Assembly (NCBI GenBank): GCA_028826165.1
Contig: JAPDFW010000057.1
Span: 248,001-312,000 of the forward strand
Origin: Anaeramoeba ignava BMAN
Taxonomy: Eukaryota > Protista > Anaeramoebae
Direction of reading: 5' to 3'
Length of the DNA stretch: 64,000 nucleotides
Shown: piece after piece, positions 60,270 to 64,000 of the stretch
How the letters are laid out: each line of letters begins with the position of its first letter
Numbering within the stretch: position 1 is the stretch's first letter
The notes under the pieces: generated by a model
Told to the model about the DNA's origin: nothing
The model's database searches: none
The model's input: the letters and a program-made list of their open reading frames with translations, nothing else
Program-made: the position numbers and the translations under genes

Positions 60270-62221
60270 ATGAACCCCTTTTTTTTAACAACTTTTCTTT
60301 TTATATTTGTTTTTGCATTTTTTTTGATCAAATTTAGAAAAAGTAAGTAAATTTAAAATTAAAACCCAAATCCAAAATAGATTGAGAAATTTAAATTGAC
60401 TTTCTCAAAAAAATTAAAAAATAAAAAATCGAAAATTTTGTTTCACTTTTTTTTTAATAGAGTTTTTTCAAAAAAAAGAAAACCGAAGCCCTGAACAAGC
60501 TTTAGTTAATTCAATAATTCATGGAACTAAAGATTATATTGAATTAATTAAAAAGGGAACAAGTCCAAATATAAAATGTGAAAAAGTAAAACAAAAATTT
60601 AATTTAAAATTTAATTTAAAATTTAATTTAAAATCATGATAATTATTTTAAGGGCTTTCCTGCTTTAGTAATTGCTGCTATGCATAATAGACCTGAAATT
60701 GTCAAAAATTTAATCAATTTAGGAGCAAATATTGAAGAAAAAGATAAAGTGATTTTTTAAAATGTTTTTTTTATTTTGAAATTAAATTTTTTCTTCTCAA
60801 AAAGTGGGTAAATTTTTGTTGAGAAAAAATGAACCTTTCTTATTTTTCTTTCTTTAGGGAATAACTCCTTTAGGTTGGTGTTGTTTTTTTGGAATATTTG
60901 AATCAGCAAAAATTTTGATTGAAAACGGAGCCAATATTAATTTTAAATCAATTGTAAAACAATTTCTTATTCAAATTAAAAAAATAAACCAAATTAATAT
61001 TTGAATCTCTCCTTTTTCTTCATAAATCAAAAAATCAATTTGAATTTAGTATGTAAATTTAAAGAAAAAACAAAACAAAAGAAAAGGTAACAATTCTTAC
61101 CATTTCTTTTTTTTTGTTGAATAAATCAAAAGGGGAATAATAGTTTGATTTTAACTGCAAGAAAAGGAAATTATCAATTATCAAAATATTTAGTCGAAAA
61201 TGGAATCGAAGTTCATTCTCCAAATTTAGTAACTTTTAAGAATCAAAAAAAAAAAATTTGTAATATTATTATATTGATTTATTAGACTGTAAATTTTGTT
61301 TCCATTTGAATTCATTTTCAACAGAAATTAATTCATTGATTCATTTCAAATTAGAATTCTACAGCACTTCATTGTGCTTGCATTGCTGGATCTTTTGAAT
61401 CTGTGCAATTATTTGTGGAAAATGGAGCTCAATTGGATATCATTGATTCAGTAAAGAAAAAATAATCAAAAAAAAAAGGAATTGTTTATTGATTTTTGAA
61501 TAAACAAAAAAAAGGATGTAAAAGAAGAAAAAGGATAAATAAATTTTGAATTTAATATTCTTTTTTTTTTTTTTTGATTAGGGAATGACTCCTTTATTTT
61601 TTGCTGTGAAATTACAACATATTCCGATTACTGAATATCTTTTAAGTAAAGGAGCTAATCCAAATATTGGTCGAAGAGTAAAAATTAATTTCATTCCATT
61701 TTTTTTTCTTTTCAAAACAAAATCAAATAATTTTCAATCAAAAAAATTACTAGAAAAATTCTCCTCTTGGATCTGCTTGTAAAAAAGGGAATTTGCAAAT
61801 TATTGAAGATTTACTTAAATATGGAGCAAATGTGAATTTTGAAAATTCGGTATTTTTCTTTTAATAACACAAACAATCAATACAAAATTAATAAAAAACT
61901 TCCATTTCATTTTAGAAAGTAAATTAATTAATTTTGAATAAGAAGGAATATTTTTTTTAAATTTTTTATTTTTGATTTAAAAAAGGGATTTGTTCCACTT
62001 TTTTTGGCAATTCAGAACAAAAAAATTGATGTTATAAAATTATTAATTCGATATCACGCAAAACTTCCACTTTCAAATGTTTGTCTTTTTTTTTTTTTAA
62101 TAAATCAAATAACAAATCTTTTCATTTTTTTTTTTTTGATTAAAAATTTTAGGAAACAATTTTGGATGAATTTTTAAAAGATTCTCAAATAGCAAATCTT
62201 TTATCTGATCTTGAAAAATGA
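60270..62221 (+). CDS. Ankyrin-repeat protein with N-terminal signal/TM anchor; 15 exons including five single-codon microexons
   Basis: MNPFFLTTFLFIFVFAFFLIKF...GTSPNIKCEK|GFPAL...GANIEEKDK|W|GITPLG...GANINFKSI|Y|GNNSLI...EVHSPNL|T|NSTALH...GAQLDIIDS|D|GMTPLF...GANPNIGRR|KNSPLG...GANVNFENS|K|GFVPLF... Confidence 0.85.
60805..61918 (+). other. Five 3-nt microexons (AG|NNN|GTAAA)
   Basis: 60805-60807 TGG, 61050-61052 TAT, 61286-61288 ACT, 61515-61517 GAT, 61916-61918 AAA. Confidence 0.85.
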
Positions 62222-62408
62222 AAAATGAAAAATGAAAATTAATTTTGATTTTAATTTTAATTTTGATTTTAATTTTAATTTTAATTTTAATTTTAATTTT
62301 GATTTTGATTTTGATTATTAAATTTGTTAATTAATAAATCAAATAAATTTGGATTTGTTTTATTTTGATTTTAATTTTTAATTTTTAATTTTAATTTTAA
62401 TTTTAATT

Positions 62409-64000
62409 TTAATTTTGATTATTAAATTTGTTAATTAATAAATCAAATAAATTTGGATATGTTTGATTTAATTGAAAATAATCAATTCCAATTTCAATTT
62501 CTTCAATTATTTCTTGTGTAATTTGAATTTCATTTTTAATTTGATTTGAATAAATCCAATATTCAAATATTTGAAATGATTTATTACTTAGTTCACTATA
62601 ATCTGTAACTTTATTTGATTTATCATTTGTTACAGATAAAAACATTCCTCGATATAATTCACTTCTCATTATTAATATTAATTTTGGAAATTTATATTTC
62701 TTTTCTTTTCTTTCAATAATAAAATCTTTTTCATTTTCATTTTCATTTAAATAAATTTTTTTCATTGTTTCTTCAATTTTTTCATTGGAATTTATAATTT
62801 CTTTAATTTCAGAATATAATTTTGGATTTATTATTCTGTTTGAATAAATCATTTCAAATATTTGATTTGATTCTTTAATTGATTTTTTTGAAATAATTTC
62901 TTTAAGTTTTTCATTTTGATTTTGATTTTGATTTAATCTATATTTTAATATTAATTTATGAGCTTGATATTATTTCTCCATTTTCGGTTTTAAATGAAAT
63001 ATCACAAAATTCTTTTCTTCTGAAATAATTTTATCAAATCTTCTTCAAGATTGGAAAAAGAAGGAGGAGAATAATAAAGAAATGATTTGTTTTCTCCACA
63101 AGAAATATGATAATTGGAGATATCTTCATTAAATCTTAATTTAGGAAGTTCAATTTGAATTGGAATTTTTTGATTCCAATTTGTATTTCCAGTTCCTAAT
63201 TGACCATACCAATTACTTCCAAATCCTATTAATTTTGAATTAGAAGTTAAAATCAAAGTATGTTCATTTCCAACAGAAAAATCAATAATATTATCATCAT
63301 TTTCAAATAAAGATGATTTGATTTCAGTAAATTCATAAGTATATTCATTTTTGCCAAGTCCATTATATCGATAATCACCACATGAATAAATTTTTCTTTT
63401 TGGATTTTCATTTTCATTTTCATTTTCATTTTCATTTTCATTTTCAATCAACATTATTGAACAAGAGCTTCCACATTGAACATCAATTATTTTGCCTTTT
63501 GGAATATTTTGGATTTTGGTTAATTTTTGGATTTCTGTTTCTTCTTTTCTTGTTTTTCCTAATCCAATTTTACCATATCCATTATTCCCGCATCCAAATA
63601 ATTCTTGATTTGGATTTAAAAGAAAAACATGATTTGAATCAGTTCCTGAAAATATTTTAGAAACATTTTTCATCATTAAAATTGGTTTTTCTGTTTTTTT
63701 AAGTGTTTTAGAATCTAAACCAAGTTGGCCATATTGATTTGAACCAATTCCATAAGCATTTTGATTTGAAGTTAATAAGTAAATTGAATTGTATCCTGAA
63801 ACAATATCTTCAATTATTCTATCATTTGTATCTTCAATTAATGATGAAATATTGATAAATTCATTTGAATTATTTGAATTAATATCTCTTCCTTTGGCAA
63901 ATACATTTCCTTCTTTTGTTAAAATAGCTTCATTTTCAAAACCAATAGTTACTTTTTGAATATTTTTAATTTGGATTTTTTCAGGTTTTTGATTTGACCA
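62409..64000 (-). CDS. RCC1-repeat + BTB protein, copy 4 (5' end beyond the window; frameshifts at ~62965-63020; no CAAX)
   Basis: Paralogous to the 52-58 kb array. Confidence 0.75.

Noticed and set aside
61081-61091. AAAAG|GTAAC zero-length exon or recursive splice site after the TAT microexon
   Set aside because: It would create 34- and 46-nt introns, shorter than any validated here, and the ankyrin register needs no additional exon. Single instance.
52433-64000. Programmed frameshifting or pseudogenisation of the RCC1-BTB genes, Rab21 (37740) and the kleisin (43896)
   Set aside because: The shifts are single-base indels, mostly at homopolymers and at different sites in near-identical paralogs. 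Long-read consensus error is the simplest explanation and cannot be excluded without reads.

Overview
Very AT-rich, intron-rich eukaryotic (protist) genomic DNA with GT-AG spliceosomal introns and the standard genetic code. The composition, QN/SK low-complexity inserts and expanded RCC1-BTB family are reminiscent of Anaeramoeba-like metamonads, but that taxon call is inference only. About 21 genes can be assembled by hand: a partial bromodomain-like protein, HPS1, an EF-hand/CAAX protein, an ML/NPC2-like protein, DNA ligase I, two DHHC palmitoyltransferases, two ankyrin-repeat membrane proteins, G-alpha, a BEACH-WD40-FYVE protein, a stand-alone NPC1 N-terminal-domain protein, a Rab21-like GTPase, a RhoGAP, a Rad21/Rec8 kleisin, a LamG-like surface protein, TUG/ASPL, BRAP2 and four RCC1-BTB paralogs. 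Introns and intergenic spacers are filled with simple repeats. The main discovery is that both ankyrin genes contain single-codon (3-nt) microexons, AG|NNN|GT, 17 in total. There are two in tandem at every repeat junction of the gene at 15083-17304 and one at five junctions of the gene at 60270-62221. They supply exactly the variable beta-hairpin residues needed to complete the ankyrin register. All gene models are manual and have no transcript support.
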